Part shown: positions 14,803 through 29,100 of the stretch, in pieces
Layout: each line of letters opens with the position of its first letter
Position numbering within the stretch: position 1 is the stretch's first letter
Source: Thalia democratica
Lineage: Eukaryota
Assembly: GCA_965202585.1 (NCBI GenBank)
Contig: OZ241827.1
Coordinates: 50,282,001-50,346,000 of the forward strand
DNA length: 64,000 nt
Direction: 5' to 3'
Translations under genes and position numbers: made by a program
The notes under the pieces: generated by a model
Seen by the model: only the letters and a program-made list of their open reading frames with translations
What the model was told of the DNA's origin: nothing
The model's database searches: none

Positions 14803-17800
14803 AGTCTTAATAATTTTGATGAAATTTATGTTACATTATTTACAATCCTTAAATTAGTGTGAGTCAGTTTTTCGGAATTAATAAACTTGGTAAATTAAGC
14901 AGACTAAGTTTTACAAAAAATTTTTTTGAGCTATTCAGTAAATAAAATAATATAAATGCATATCAACATTATGAGTAGTAAGTAAAACAAAAAATACATA
15001 CCAATAAACTTTAGCTTGTTTAGTGATTTATTTTTATTGATAACAATTAATAATAACCAACAGTGTACAGTGGTTTTGTCCTTGTTGTTTAAAATGATTA
15101 TCTAAAAAAGTTGAAGTTTAACAACTATGCAATATTTTATGATTATATCTATAAAAAGATACACTAAAAGTTCTATTTGAAGTTTCAAAGTAATAAGTTT
15201 TGTGTGATACAAAAAGAGACTGTAATTTATAGATAAAAACTATGAAAAGTTATTCAATACAGTATAATTTTAAATATTCCCTTTTTTCGTTACTAACTAA
15301 TTCAAAAAAAAAAAAGATTTTGTACAAACGACATAAAGGGTATCTTCAACAACATAAGTTGTAGAATACAAATTGATGTTTAAACATAGTAATAAAAACA
15401 AAATATTTTTTTAAAATCTAATATGACAACTAAACTCAAACAACTGACATAAATTCTGTCAGAAACAGAGTTTTTAAATTTAATTTAAAACTTCACATGT
15501 TCTCAAATCTTGGCTTTTTGGCTACTAATTTTCAAAAATAATTGTTTTTTTTTCACTTATTAAGTTTCTGGTACACTGTGGGTAATTGATAGTTAATAAC
15601 TTATCACTATACCATTTTTTTAATTATTTGATTAATACTACCATCTACTTTATGAAATTAGTAGAAATTATTTAAAAATTATTAAGTCTAATTTGTTACA
15701 GACAATTAGTAGTATGAGTAATAATTTTAAGCTATATTTCAAAATGAATTAGCCAACTTTTTATTTATTAAAAAACAACATTCTAAAGAAAAAGTTTAGA
15801 ATTATAAAAGTTGTTAACTAGAACAGTAAAGCTCGTTCAAAAGTGACGCTTTGTGCAAAAGAGACTCTGAGCATTTGTGACTGGATCCCTGTTTAAAACT
15901 GTTTTATTTATAGTTTTTTTTTTGTAAACTTGCGTATGGTCCGACATAATTTTTTTATTACAGAAACTTTTTTTCACGTAACTCTGCTGTGCCATGATGT
16001 TGTCAGAGTTCATGGCATATTTCTTTGACTGGTTCTTTTTTAGGTTGTAAAAAAAAGAGAGGTCCCAATAGAGAGATGAAGCCTGAGAAACAGTTTGGGC
16101 ACTTGAGCAATCAAGGTATTTTACACAAGGATGTGATAATTTGCAAGTGTTGACTGATTACATACAACTAACAAAATTGTTTGGAGACAAAACATTATTT
16201 TTTAGATATACCAAGTACTTAAATTCATTTAATTGAGAACTATTATAGTTAAATATAGAAAATATACCAAGTTAAAATCTCCAGGATTTTCAATGATTTT
16301 TCAGAGAATTATTGTTCAAACTTGTTTTCTAATAAATGATCTTTAAAGTTTAATAGTTACCATGATTAAAACATAAAAACACTATTATTTTGTCTGAAGA
16401 AAAAAACTACTTGCTTTATGCTACTCTTAAAGTTTAATAATTGACAAATTTATAGAACAACTTATTCTAAACATTATGAAAATATCAACTAGGTTTAATT
16501 TATATAAAGGGTCAACCATAAACAGATTGTTAAAAAATAAAAAAGAATACTTTTATACAAAAATTGTGCTTTAGTTTAAGTATTTTTTACTTTAGTATTT
16601 TAACTAACACTTAATTTCATGACTTACAGTTGAACTATTTTTCATCCAAACTTAAGGAGTATATTTGCTGATTTTAATTTATCATTTTGAAGTCATAATA
16701 TTAAAGTTACTTATATACTGAACTTATTTATAAAACTCTGAAAAACTAGAAAATTATAATTTACTATATAAATATATTTGAGTATTTAAAATTTACAGTT
16801 AATTGTCTGCAAATAAAAATCCTAGGAAAGCAAGTACACTGGAATATATAAAAACAAATTTTCACAATACTCTTTCCTTATTAAACTATATATGTTTCTG
16901 TGTGTTAACAAATTAATAGATTTCAACGAAACTATGCAAGTCCAAGAGGTACTAAAGATTACTTAGTTTTGTATAAAAAGCAAAGATCAGTATTTTACAC
17001 GGTTTTTATATGATATTGTTGGTGAAAAACTTTTTACTTAAAATTCTACAGAATTAAATTTAGTCTTTTTAGAATATAAACTTTTTTCACCCAACAAAGG
17101 TTTATTTTAGCAATTATGAACTGGTTATTACTTATTTTAAATTTACTAAAAAACAATTAGGATAACCTTTAAAATATTTTATAAACTTAAGATATATTTT
17201 AACTTTATTATTTTTTGAACTTTAAGATACTCTATCAACTAAATGTCAGTTGTCAATAACTACATAACTTTAAATACTTTAGTTATAAAAATGTAAAATA
17301 AGATTTTAAGAAGTACATTAATATTTATATAATAGTTAAAAATAAATAGAATATTTGTTTGCAAGTTAAAAGATATGAAAAAACATTTTCATTTAAGTTT
17401 AGCTGTTTAAGGATGCTTAAAGATACTTAAAAATAAACTATCAGGGGTTCAACTAAAGTGTTTTAAAATATATCTGTTAGAACACGTTGTTAGTAGCTGT
17501 GTAATTTGTAAAAAAGATATCAAAGATGTTTGATAATTTTGTGTCTTTCAGATTAAGGCTCTGTTTATCAACATTTTTACAGTATTGTGCTCATAAATAA
17601 GTTTTCTGTTATACAAATGAGTAGTGAAATTATTTTATCTTAATAGCGTGCTTTCTATCTAGGTTTATTTTCAAAAACTATTTCTTGTAAATTTTCAACA
17701 ACATATGTACTTGATGTAGTCACAAACAAAGTACAACTTAAGTAGTTATTGTGTAAAAAGCTTTAAAGTTTTTAGCATATTAATATCTATGAACATTCTT

Positions 17801-18037
17801 TTTTTGAATAAAAAATTATTTACAAATTACTGTAAATTCACAAATTATATACCAAGTAACATGGTATCACTATTATAATCTTAAATGTTTAACCTTTTTT
17901 TGATAAAATAAAATAATAAGCAACAAAAACGGTTGCATTAAGTTTAAAATTGTTCTACGTTCATATTTAAAACTTTGTGATAAATTAAATCACACTACTA
18001 AATTCTTATTTTAAAACAATTGTACACATCATTAAAA

Positions 18038-19190
18038 ATGACTCATCATTTAGCAACAGAAAAACGGTGGAGGTTTTAAAATTACAAAGGGCAAATAAAA
18101 TGGTCCCAGAATGGTTTTAGAAACTTAAATATTAGCATTTTGTCTTAGGCCTATGTTCTAAAACTTATTTTATTTATTGTGTAGCCATATTTTAAATAAG
18201 GACAGCTATATATTTATTAAACTCATTATAATTAGCATGACTAAACATGATGCCATTTATTATTGTAGTAAAGAGATGAATGTTTTAAACATAACAATGA
18301 ATCTAAAAGTAGAAAAATCCAGTTAATGATACTGTGAGGAAGTAAAGAGAGATCAGCAACACAATAAAATTGACTTTCAGAAAGGTATACACCTTGCTTA
18401 TGTTGTAAAAAAGCAACATCAAAGCTGTTTGAGAAACAATAAGAAAAAACCCTAAACGGTCCATAAAAAATGGCTTAAGATTTATACATGGATCAAAAGT
18501 ATCAAAGAAAATTGTATAAACCAATCTCATATTTTCTTCTTTGAAACTAAAGAAGAGTTAGCATCTTACTGTTTTTCAACAACAAAAAAAAAGCTAAGCA
18601 AGCTAGTATTTTTTGAAGAACTCTGAAATCTAGTAAGCAGGAGTATAAAACTCATACAAATTCACTGTATAGCAAAGTTCAATTTTCAAAACAACCTGGT
18701 TGGTTTTACACTTAGAGAACGTTCTTGAAGACATGTATATTGTCACCAGAAGCTAGCATCAGTCATGGTTTATGCTGCAGTGTCAAAAACTTTGAAATCT
18801 CTCTGATTTTTGTGAAACATGGAGCCAAATTAAAGCAAATGTGTACATTGATAATATATAGGCCCTTGCTTTGGGTGGCACTTTAAAAATGAAGATTTTG
18901 TCTTCCACAGGGCTGTTCACCCTACAGACCTCAAAGGAAACCTTACCTTGATAGAAAGACAGTCTCATGCCATTTTTGAGCAAGGATTAGTGGCCTCCTT
19001 AATTACTTAACTCAATCTAATTAAATCAGTGTTTGGTATATGTTGGAAACTGTGGAGATTTCTAAAGGTAATTGATTAAAAATTTGGGTAAAACACCAAC
19101 AAAGAAAAGTTTGCCTGCAGCAGCGGAGAGTTTCAGGAACAAATTGAGCAAGTAAATAACGATAGTAGAAGGCAATCAAAAAACAAACTT
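18038..19190 (+). pseudogene. Tc1/mariner-superfamily transposase pseudogene (mariner/maT-like), with multiple stops and frameshifts
   Basis: fragments NIKAV*ETIRKNPKRSI (HTH region), ASVMVYAAVSKTLKS.LIFVKHGAK.KANVYIDNI, KNEDFVF(Q)Q, LSKD*WPP and AAESFR follow in the expected order; TIRs not located. Confidence 0.75.
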
Positions 19191-19489
19191 AAATATTTTT
19201 TAGTGATGTTTTGGAATAAAATATAAAGCATACAATTTTGTTTTTTTTTCATTATTTTAAAAGTAATTGTATTTTAAATTTTTGAGGAAAATTCCTCCTC
19301 TGTAAAAAATATTTCACAATTCAGTGTTTTCTTTCTTTGTAAAATTGAGTTTTCCTTTAGTTAACAATTCAATGTTTCCCAGTTTAATGGGAACGAGGAT
19401 AATGCTGCATGTATCTTGAGTTCAAGTGAGAAGTATTTTAAATTAGAGATGTATTTTACAAGCATCATATAGCATCAACTGATCACTAG

Positions 19490-20110
19490 AAAACACTTTT
19501 TCTGAAATTTGATCTAATTTTTTATACTTTTTACTACTCTACAAGATGCTTTTTACAGATTATAAAAATTCAAAAAAAAATTTCGAGATATAGCTGGTCA
19601 AAGTCGGAGGCAGCTACAGGAGCCATATGGGAGGCGGAAACTAAAACTGCAAAAATAGACTATTTCACTAAAAATCCATCTTTTACATTTTTTGAGATAA
19701 CTACCTCAAAATTTTAGGAAGTGTTCCTTGCTGTATTTAGAAAATTTTGTTGGAAAAAATTTAAAAATAAAATAAATATTTTATATTAAAAAAAAACAAA
19801 AAAACTGCTTTTTTGTTAGAAAATTTTTATTTTTTTAAATTTAGTTCCAACAGAATTTTTTAAATATTGCAAGGATCATTTTCTGAAAATTTGAGGTAGT
19901 TATCTCAAAAAACGTAGGAGAAGATAGATTTTTAGATATTTCTGGTTATTTGCTGCTTTAGTTTGCGCCTCTCATAAGGATCCTATTGCTGCCTCCGACT
20001 TTGCCCGGCTATATCTCAAAAGTGATTTTGAATTTCTATAATCTGTAAAAAGCATCTTGTAGCTTAGTAAAAACTGTATAAAACAAGATAAAATTTCAAA
20101 AAAGGTTTTA
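19490..20110. mobile_element. foldback MITE with about 290-bp inverted arms
   Basis: e.g. ctacaagatgctttttacagattata, gagatatagc..g.caaagtcggaggcagc and ttttgagataactacctcaaa each recur as reverse complements around a centre near 19800. Confidence 0.85.
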
Positions 20111-20174
20111 CAACAGCTAAGTTGTTAAATTAAACTGTAATGTTTAAACCGGTGCACACCTACTCAAATTTGGA

Positions 20175-20545
20175 CAATTCAAATTTGGACAATTCAAATT
20201 CTTTAAAAAAATTTGAAAGGGCTACAACTAAAAAAGTAATACATATTTGTCAAATATAAAAAATACATATGTAGGTCCTATAATATCTAAAAGCTGTTTT
20301 TCCTTTTTGCAAAACATTAAACACTTTTTGAGATATGGCTTAATTAAAGTAAAAAACATAGTTATTTTTGGTAATTTCAAAATATCTTAAAAAATATTTA
20401 AGATTTTGCAAAATCAAAAACTGGCTTGTAGATTCTAATAAGATCTACATATGTATTTTTTAATTTTTTTAAATTTAAATTACTTTTTGAGATATAGTCT
20501 TTTAAATGATTTTTTAAGAATTTGAATTGTCTGAATTTTATTTGT
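20175..20545. mobile_element. second foldback MITE-like palindrome, with a 15-bp tandem repeat (caaatttggacaatt x2) at its left end
   Basis: acaattcaaattct..aaaaaa, aaaaatacatatgtagg and ttttgcaaaa segments recur inverted; ends approximate. Confidence 0.6.
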
Positions 20546-20726
20546 CATGTTACCTGTTCAAACTGTATTTTTATTATGAATTTTCGGAAAAACTGACGTA
20601 TTATATCTATTCAAAACAAAATTATAAAGACTCTTAAAATTATTTTAGAAATTCAACAAAAGGTTTTAAGCATTTATTTTTACAAATGCTGAGTAATTTT
20701 GCCTTTAATAACTAAATTTATATTTA

Positions 20727-21115
20727 CAGGGTTGCCACTCGTTTTTTCAAAAATGTTTCCAGGTTTTCCAAATTTTTTCCAGGTTTTTAAAAGTACACAT
20801 TTTTAGGTCTATTTTTAGTTTAAAGTTAAGTTTAAGGTAAGAAGCTGTGTTAAATAGTATAAAAACATTGAAAAGATACTGTAAAGCTACTTTAAATATA
20901 TTTTTTAATAAAATTTTTTTATGATGACAATTTTTTTTTATTTATATGATAGATTTTTTGAGTCAAATCAAAATTTTACTACTGAACATGTGAAAGTTGT
21001 AATTATTCCAGGTTTTTCATATTTTATAGTGATTTTCGTTCAAAATTCCAGGTGTTTCCAGGTTTTTTCAAAATTTCTCAAATACATGGTTTTTCCAGGT
21101 AAAGTGGCAACCCTG
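20727..21115. mobile_element. MITE, CAGGGTTGCCA-TIR family, copy 2 (best preserved)
   Basis: perfect 13-bp TIR CAGGGTTGCCACT / AGTGGCAACCCTG; many TTCCAGG repeats; flanks TATTTA / TATTTA. Confidence 0.85.
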
Positions 21116-21247
21116 TATTTAGGAATAAACTCACACCTTAATAATATTTACTCAAGAAAAATACAAATTATTCTCTTTTTTTTTAATCAAGAAATTTTTA
21201 GTATTTGAAATGACATAAACTGAAATTCTAAAGTTTTCAAGCAAATA

Positions 21248-21326
21248 CCTGATGTTTTGCAGTTTTTTTCAAAAAAACTGATTTAGCCTGATTTGGACTG
21301 ATTTAACCTGATGCGCACAAACACTG
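21248..21326. repeat. five (c/a)ctgat repeats ending in gcgcacaaacactg; probable orphan transposon end
   Basis: periodic ctgat motif plus a CAGTG-type terminus on the minus strand; partner end not found. Confidence 0.35.
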
Positions 21327-22388
21327 AGTATGGAAAAAATATATCATTAGATGTTTTATTAATTAAATAAAAATAAGGTTTGTAAGTATGTTGTGATAAA
21401 TAATATCAAAACAGATATAATACTTACAATGACAAGAAATTATTGTAAGTAAAACAGTTCGAATCATTATTGATAATTACTATAACAGATAATTATATGA
21501 ATTTGCTATGAAGCATAAAGACAAAATAGCATCTTCAACTTAAACAAGTTTATATTTTTCTTCTAAACTTTGTTTTTGTCAATTGATAATTTATGAATGT
21601 ACTTAAACTTATTCAAGCTGTAGTCAGTATTTATTTTTACCAACTAAAGTTAATTTTTAAGTCTAGTCTACTATCTAATAATGTTATGTTTCTTATATTA
21701 AATGCTCTAAATAGTATAGTAGCTTTAAACAAAAATCAGATTGTATTTGAAACAAAATGCTAACTTTTTAAAAATAAAAAATTAAACAAAGTTTAAGGTT
21801 GCCTTTTTGTACTTTTGTTCTATCTTTAACTTATATAAAAGATCTATTTTGAAAGACAATAGCAACAAGTTAAGTAAAAGTATTTTTTCAAATTTATGTA
21901 TTTCAAAAATGTTGTTATAAAAATATAAGGACTATAAACTATTTTCTAAAAATTAAATAATTATTTAATTACAAATGCCTCAATAGTTATTTCTCTATTA
22001 CTTTAATGTTTTATCAGAATCATTTATTTAACTCACTGATGATGTTTTTGAGTAAACTTTGAGCAAAAAAAAAAATTGTTGATTAAGATTTTAAAACTGT
22101 GTTAAAATTTATTCATAACCCTTTTTCATTAAACATAATAAATTTTTTGAAAAAAAACATCAGTCTTAAACTCTAACCTTTACAATGATAAAAATTTCTG
22201 GGCAAATGCAAGTTTGACGTCTTTTATTAAAAAAAAAAAAAAATCTACAACTTTTCTTTGAACTTTAACAGCCAAATAAGAATGAACCTATTTAAGAGTT
22301 TGTTATAATTATTTAACTTTTAATCTTTTGCTTTTGTAAGTTTTAAGTTTACTTATATTTTTAAATTTTTTTAACCTTGAGTAACTTT

Positions 22389-22684
22389 AAGTTTGCCAAA
22401 GGTTTTTAATAAAAAAATAAGTTTAAGGTAAATAATAAGTATAACAGCGAGGAAAAATACTGTAAAGCTATTTTAAATGTGTTTTATATTTTAAAATATT
22501 TAATGTTAGAAAAAAAAATTATCAATATGATAGACTATTGGCGTTAAATCTAAATTTCATTGTTTTACATGTAAAAGTTGTTTATAATTCCATGTTTTTT
22601 CAAAATTTCTCAAATTCCAGGTTTTTTAGCCTAAATGGACAAATTTCAGGTTTTTCCAGGATTCCAGTTTTTTTTGCAACTCTG
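22389..22684. mobile_element. MITE, CAGGGTTGCCA-TIR family, copy 3 (degenerate left end)
   Basis: right end GCAACTCTG, TTCCAGG repeats, shared internal aagtttaaggtaa and tactgtaaagcta; flanks AACTTT / AACTTT. Confidence 0.6.
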
Positions 22685-24013
22685 AACTTTTGAAAGTATA
22701 ACAACTGTGATTTAGTTTTTTTGATTTTTAGAACTAAAAGACAACAAAATTTCATTTTTTTCTTATAAATAGTAAGAATGAATAACCTTTTTGTATATTT
22801 ATTAACTTGTTTAAGTTAAAATGCTTTGAAATTTTTTTACTACAGTAAATTAACCATAAGATATGTTTTCCCCATTCTGAAAACATTTTTTTGTCTTCAA
22901 GTTTATATAAATTTATTGAACTACATTCATTCTAAAATTCTAATTAAAATAAGATGAAACTTGAGTAGATTTTCCTAATTTAATAACTTCAACACATAAC
23001 TATACATTTTTATGTTCTTTTAGATGAATTAAGAAAAAAAATTAGACATTATTAATTTAGCTTAAAAATGTTATGCTTTTTATTTGAGTTAGGGTTAGGG
23101 CTCATTGTGTAGGTGTTAGAGCTTAAAAAAATATTGAGCATTTTGACTTAATTATTTAAAGCAGCATACATAAAAAACATCATTTAAACTTTAATATTTC
23201 ATTATTATTAAGTAAATAAACAAGTTAAATGGCTTTTTATATATTTTAAACAAGTTTAATATTTTATGGAATATTGCCCATTTTCCATTTTGGTCTTTAA
23301 TTAGGGTGCTTTTTCTAAGTAAAAATTTTTATTAAAAAAAAATTAAATTCAGTCAGCAAATATGATTTTTTGTTAAACATTTTAATGAAGAAAATTGGTA
23401 GTTTTTTTTCAAATGAATAACCAAAGTCCTATTTGCTGAGTCAATTTAGATAATCTTAAAAAATTGATTAAGTAAAAAGACCTTAATAAAAAACCAAAAC
23501 TGAAAAAATAAAAATAAGCAACATTTCATAAAGTACTAAGTTTATATGAAAACTAGTTCAACTTTTTTTTTTGTTTAACTAGTTTTAAATATATTGACAT
23601 TTAGTTATAACTGCATCTATGTAAATATTTAAAAACTTATCTAAAAGCTATATTTTTAAAACCAAAGTTTTATTTTCTTATTTTATCTTTTGTATTAACC
23701 TTAACTTATAGTTTAACTAAAGTAAACATACTCCTTTAATCTCGGATTAAACTTACGACAATGTAATATTAGATACTTTGAAATTCTTGTATAAAATCAA
23801 ATGATTCTTACGGTCTATAGTAGAGTTTAAATTTAAAAATTTTTATAGTTCTAAAAACTTAATATAGTTCTGAAAAAGTTTTAATCATTCAGAGATTTCT
23901 AACAAAATACTAATCAAAAAAAAAATTATTCACCACTTTCTTAAAAAACTTGAGTATACCGAGAATTTAGAAAATATTAAATGTAAGTTTAACCAAGTAA
24001 AGTATATGATTAC

Positions 24014-26177
24014 CAGGGACGTAGCTAGCTCAAAAAAGTTACGAATCTGCAAAAAAAAGCAAGAATAATGTGTGATGACGTCAGATCGGAATAGAGTAGT
24101 TTTAACTACCTTTAATTTTAAATGAAAGTATGCAGTTTTGTTAAAAATCTAAAAATAAATTGCATGTCGAAGTATAATAAATAACTGAATACAAGGCAAT
24201 TTGTACTATCTTGACCCCTATAATTCTTTATGTGTTACAACTTTTACGAACCTGTAAAACCTTTCATTAAAAAAAATACTAATTAAGAATTTAATTTTAG
24301 TAGTATTACTGATAGGCCTAAAATATATAACTTTGAAAACAGTTTCCCCAATTCAAAAAACATTTGTAAAAATTGTTGCTTTTATTAGATAAAAATCATT
24401 AATTTTAGGAGCTGAATAAAAAACAAAAGAGATATAAAATAAAAAAGTTCACAATATTAGATAAAATTCAGATGTACAATTACTTTCTTATTGTCAACAA
24501 TAACTTATAAAGAATTGAAGAGCACACGTCTTTATAAATGTTATTTCTAGCTTTGGTAGAATAAAGATTTAAGCTGTAAAAAAGAATGAAACATTTTCTT
24601 ACTAAAAAAAGTTTGTTAAATAAAAGCTGTAAAAAAGAATCAAACTTTTTATAACAAAACAAATTTGCAAACATTGAATATTAAACATCAATATTCTTCA
24701 GATGCAATGTAAAACATATAAATAAATTCAAACATAAAGATTTCAAAACATAAAATATAATATTTTTTTTATTAAACTTGTTTTGAATTTATAATACAAC
24801 TATACACCTGTTAAAATAAATAGTATTAACTTATTCTTTTTAATCTTAGATTGAAAAAGTTATTTAAAACTTATTTAAAAACCTTTTATCATTTATCAAA
24901 CATTGATTAAAAAATTAAACTGATATATTTTATAAATTTTGTAAACACTCTAAAATCTATAAACTTATTTTGAAACAACAGATACAATACATATTATTTT
25001 CATATTTTTTAAAACTAGCAACAAAATCTCATTCAAATCTAGAAAAACATCTGTTCTGACATTATTAACAAACCTAAAATGTCCTTAGTTTTTCATAGAT
25101 AAAACAAAACTATGCTGAGTCAGCCTAAGTTCAAAAATAAAATTCTTAATATCCTAGAGTTATCCAGGATACTTTGAGTATGTGGCAACAATGTACTATT
25201 TAAGTCTTTCAACTGAGCTAAAAAATGCAATAAAAACTTCAACTAAGGTAAGCATTTTTAAAACCTTTAAAACTAGTTTTAATTAAAAAATAAAGTTCTA
25301 AAATACAATAAAAAACTATAATTTGTTTATATTAATCTTGAAAAAATAAAAACTTTAACTAACCTATGCATTTATAAAATCTTTAAAACAAGTTTTAATT
25401 AAAAAATAGAGTTCTAAAAAATAAAAAAAAACTATAATTTGTTTATATTACTCTTGAAATTTTTATTTATATTATTGAGTTTTTCAGTTTGTCTTCTTGT
25501 TGCAAGCTATTTGTCTTATTGTATTATTTTTTCTGATTTAATAGATTCTAATCTTCTTGATAAAACTACAGAAAATGATAATATCATCACTGTTTCAAAA
25601 GTTTTTCACTTTTATATATTTGTCGACCACAGGGATTTAATCTTAAAACATTCAACTCAGTGAGTCAATTTGATTTAAAACAAAAGTTAAAACATCATGT
25701 TAGATTACTTAAAGGTTCATCTACTTCAAAATTCATCTTGTTATATATCTTCTATCTGTATTTGCTCTTTTCTAACACAAAAATTTAAATTTCAAAAAAA
25801 AGATAAGTTCTTTTTGACTCACCACAAACATTTCAATAGTACAAGATCCTCTCTCACACTTACATTTTTTATTCTCTCACATCATTTGAACCAAATCTAC
25901 AGCTTTTAAATGGATTTTTTTACAATAGTTTGCTATTTGTAACAGAAAGCTACACCAAGCAATTATGTATTCAATTTGTTCAATAGTTACGACACTAAAA
26001 GTTCTAGAGAGTACAATTAATGTAAAAATTATTTCTCAGGAGGGCAAAACTAAGTATAAACGAATACTGAAAGCTGAAGAAACAAGGTCTTAAAAGCTAG
26101 AGAGAAAAGCGAGTTTTTTTTTTGACAAATGTTTATGTTTCTGTAGATTTGCAGAAACGTACCAAGCTACGTGCCTA
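24014..26177. mobile_element. hAT element, copy B of the same family (2.16 kb), with an internal about 120-bp tandem duplication (about 25262-25460)
   Basis: TIRs CAGGGACGTAGC / GCTACGTGCCTA; 8-bp TSD ATGATTAC / ATGACTAG (6 of 8); both subterminal regions align with copy A. Confidence 0.78.
24430..24560 (-). pseudogene. relic hAT transposase dimerisation domain inside copy B
   Basis: SILYKLLLTI followed, after a frameshift, by SNCTSE, resembling ..LLTIP.S....ERSFS. Confidence 0.5.
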
Positions 26178-29100
26178 ATGACTAGTAACTAATATAAAAG
26201 TTTTAATCATAGTTATTACAAACTATTTTATTTACTAAACAGCATAATTTAAATAAAGATCAATTAATCATAAAATTATCTTCTTTAAGATATAAAATCG
26301 AACTATTTAATTATAATAAAAAAATTTTAAACTTGAATTATAAACAGTTTAAAACAATTTAACTAATATCTAAACTAAAGGGCGGGTTTAAAAAAACTTA
26401 ATTTTAAATGGAAAGTTGGCTATTGTTGCTTTTCTTCATTTGGATAAATTGCTCTAACACAACCCATACTTTTATTAATTATTTTTCTATCTAATTTTTT
26501 AGTACATTTATTTATTTGTTATTAATTTCTTAAACATATTTTTAATGTAAGTAAAAATTATGATTTAAGATAAAAACTATACATAACACGAATTCGTACT
26601 TCACTTGCAAAAAAAAAGTTTAATGGCTTTTCAAACTTTAAAACAAAGTCTTATATTAAGATCAATGAAGGAGAATAAGCGGTATCATTAAGGTTATAAA
26701 AGTAACAAAAAGCTGTATGTTTGTATCCTTTAAATAGTTGACGGTTAGATTTTACATACCAAGTTAACTTTTTACTTAGCTTAAATTAGTTAGATTCACT
26801 TATAATCAATACTGCTTACTAAACGACAAAAAAAGCGCTCAAAAACTTTGGTCTCCAGACCTGGTGTACAAAAAACTCCTCAGCTATCGAGTCATACAAC
26901 ACAGATAGAATTTAATGTCTTGTCCAAGATACTTATAAACGTCAAAATTTATTAACTTAAAATAAAAGAAGGTGTTTAATAAACAAGTTAAAGTTATTTT
27001 CTAAATGCCAAAAGACTTAATTATTTTTTTAATTTACTATTTTTTTCTGCACCTCTTACATAATTTATATCATCTAAAATTAAACTTAAGTACTTAGTAC
27101 TTGTACATTTTTCTGTATAGCATAAAGACTTTTGTTTTCAAATTTAAGAATTGCTAAACATAAAAAGCGATAAAATAAGAAACAGAAACTAACTAAGTAG
27201 TTTGTGTTAGTAACTATTTTTTTATTATCATCAACAAAATACATACTCTGTTCTGATGTACTAAAATAATTCTGAAGATATAACCTGTACTATTATAAAT
27301 GTAATCGCTATTGATTTATGATTTCGAAACCTAAACTAAAATACATACATAAAACTATATATTCATAAATCAGTATATATCAGCAATAATGACTGAAAGC
27401 TTTACTTAACAAATTTAAAAAACTACGTTTGTAATAAAATAGTTTACATTATGATTAACTAAACTGAACAAATTAATTTATTCTTTTTGGTATTTGAATT
27501 TTGTAACAGAGGTTTTTAAACAAGGTAAGTTATAAAAAGTAACATACAAGTTTGTTTCTTCTTCAAACTAACATAACCAATATCCATTTAAATTGGAAGA
27601 ATGGTAATGCGAACAATCTAATCTTAAAATTCTTATTGTTTTTAACTAGTCAAAAGGCATATATAGTTTTTAGTTTTTTTTATAAAGTTGTTTTTTACTT
27701 GAAGTACAACATTAATTGTTAAAATAAATAAAATATTAAGTTTTCATGTTAGTGAAATAATTTACTTACGATACATTTTTTAGGAGTAGTTATTTTTTTT
27801 TTTGTAAAAATTAAAAATCTGTTTTCAGAAAAGCTTTTAGTATTTTTAATTATTACAATATGCCGTTTAAAAGGATCTATAGTGAGAATAATAACTTAAA
27901 TAAAGAATAAAAAAGGCTAATGAACTGAGAAGAAAACAATTAAAAATATAAAACAAGCTTTATAGTAAAAACCAAGTTCAGAAGAAAATATATGTAGATT
28001 AAAGTTCGTTTTCAAAAACAATAAACTGTCTCTAAACACATTAGTAAAATTAAGTATAAAGCTTGAATAAAAATTTTAGCTTTAACATAAACTAGTAGCC
28101 GACTTTAAAAAATATTGAAATTCATTCTACATGAAACAAAACAAAAATAAAAAGTCATAAAAAGTTTTTTAAAAAGTAAAAATAAAAATTAGCTATAAAA
28201 GTTACAATGTATGCTAAGCAAACAATAATAAAAATTTGTTAGATTTTGTTCAGAAAAACTTCAGTAACTTATACATTTCTATGGTTATATACTTAAACTC
28301 ACTATTTTTTTAGTTTATAGTATTTTTCTTTAATAAATAAATTAGTGAGTACTATCTACTTTAAATGCGTCCCTCTTATAGGCTTCTAGTTTATACTTTT
28401 AGTCGCAAAAAATGACTCTATAGTTAATAAAAAAAATATAGAAAACAACTAAAAACTTTTCAAAAAATTTCTGTATTTAAATTTTCTATCTTATAAAAAA
28501 AGAAGAACACTCTAGAATAAATGAAATTTTATAGAGGTTTAGTAAATTTATGCTGCTTAATTTATAAGTTTTTTAATATTTATGATTCACAATATTTTAA
28601 CTTAACTACTTTTGTTCCCTTACGTAAGGTTATTTTTTATATTCTGAAAAATTTTAAAAAATTAATTAAATAAAACTAAAAGTTTACTCTTCTTTTATAA
28701 CTTTTTAGTTTCTATTACAGGTCTTTAGTTTGTTCGTAGTTCAGTTACAGACTTACAGTACAGTTAACGTTTACATCTAAATAAGTAATAAAAATCAAGT
28801 CCCTCAAAAATTGATTTGTACATAAACTCAGTTGGTTTTTTAGAATTCTATTTTATAAAGTTTAATGTTTTTTAGTTTCGATGTTTGTTTTCGTAGACAA
28901 CTATAAAAAAGGTCAAAATAAGACAGAAATGTTAAGCTTTTTTGATAAATTTTAGTATATCCCTATTAGTATCAACTTAAAATCAGTAAAAAAAATTCAA
29001 AAAAGTAATTTTGGTACTGATATGAAAATAAAAATAACTTATTATGGGATAAAATTTTGCTTTTTATTTTAAAAATATTTTAAGTGGAAAAGAGTGACAA

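Noticed and set aside
15171-15182. ttctatttgaa, resembling part of an ascidian spliced-leader sequence
   Set aside because: An 11-nt AT-rich match with no following donor or Sm site; not evidence for an SL RNA gene.
15830-16160. GC-elevated patch upstream of NIT1; SINE-like or coding relic
   Set aside because: No complete A/B boxes, tRNA fold or recognisable peptide; shares only a short ctggatcc(c)tgtttaaaa motif with about 10600.
23089-23100. TTAGGG x2 telomere-like repeat
   Set aside because: Only two units; chance level.
26600-27500. Possible piggyBac or other transposase relic
   Set aside because: Only a TGYI-like tetrapeptide; no ordered motifs or TIRs.
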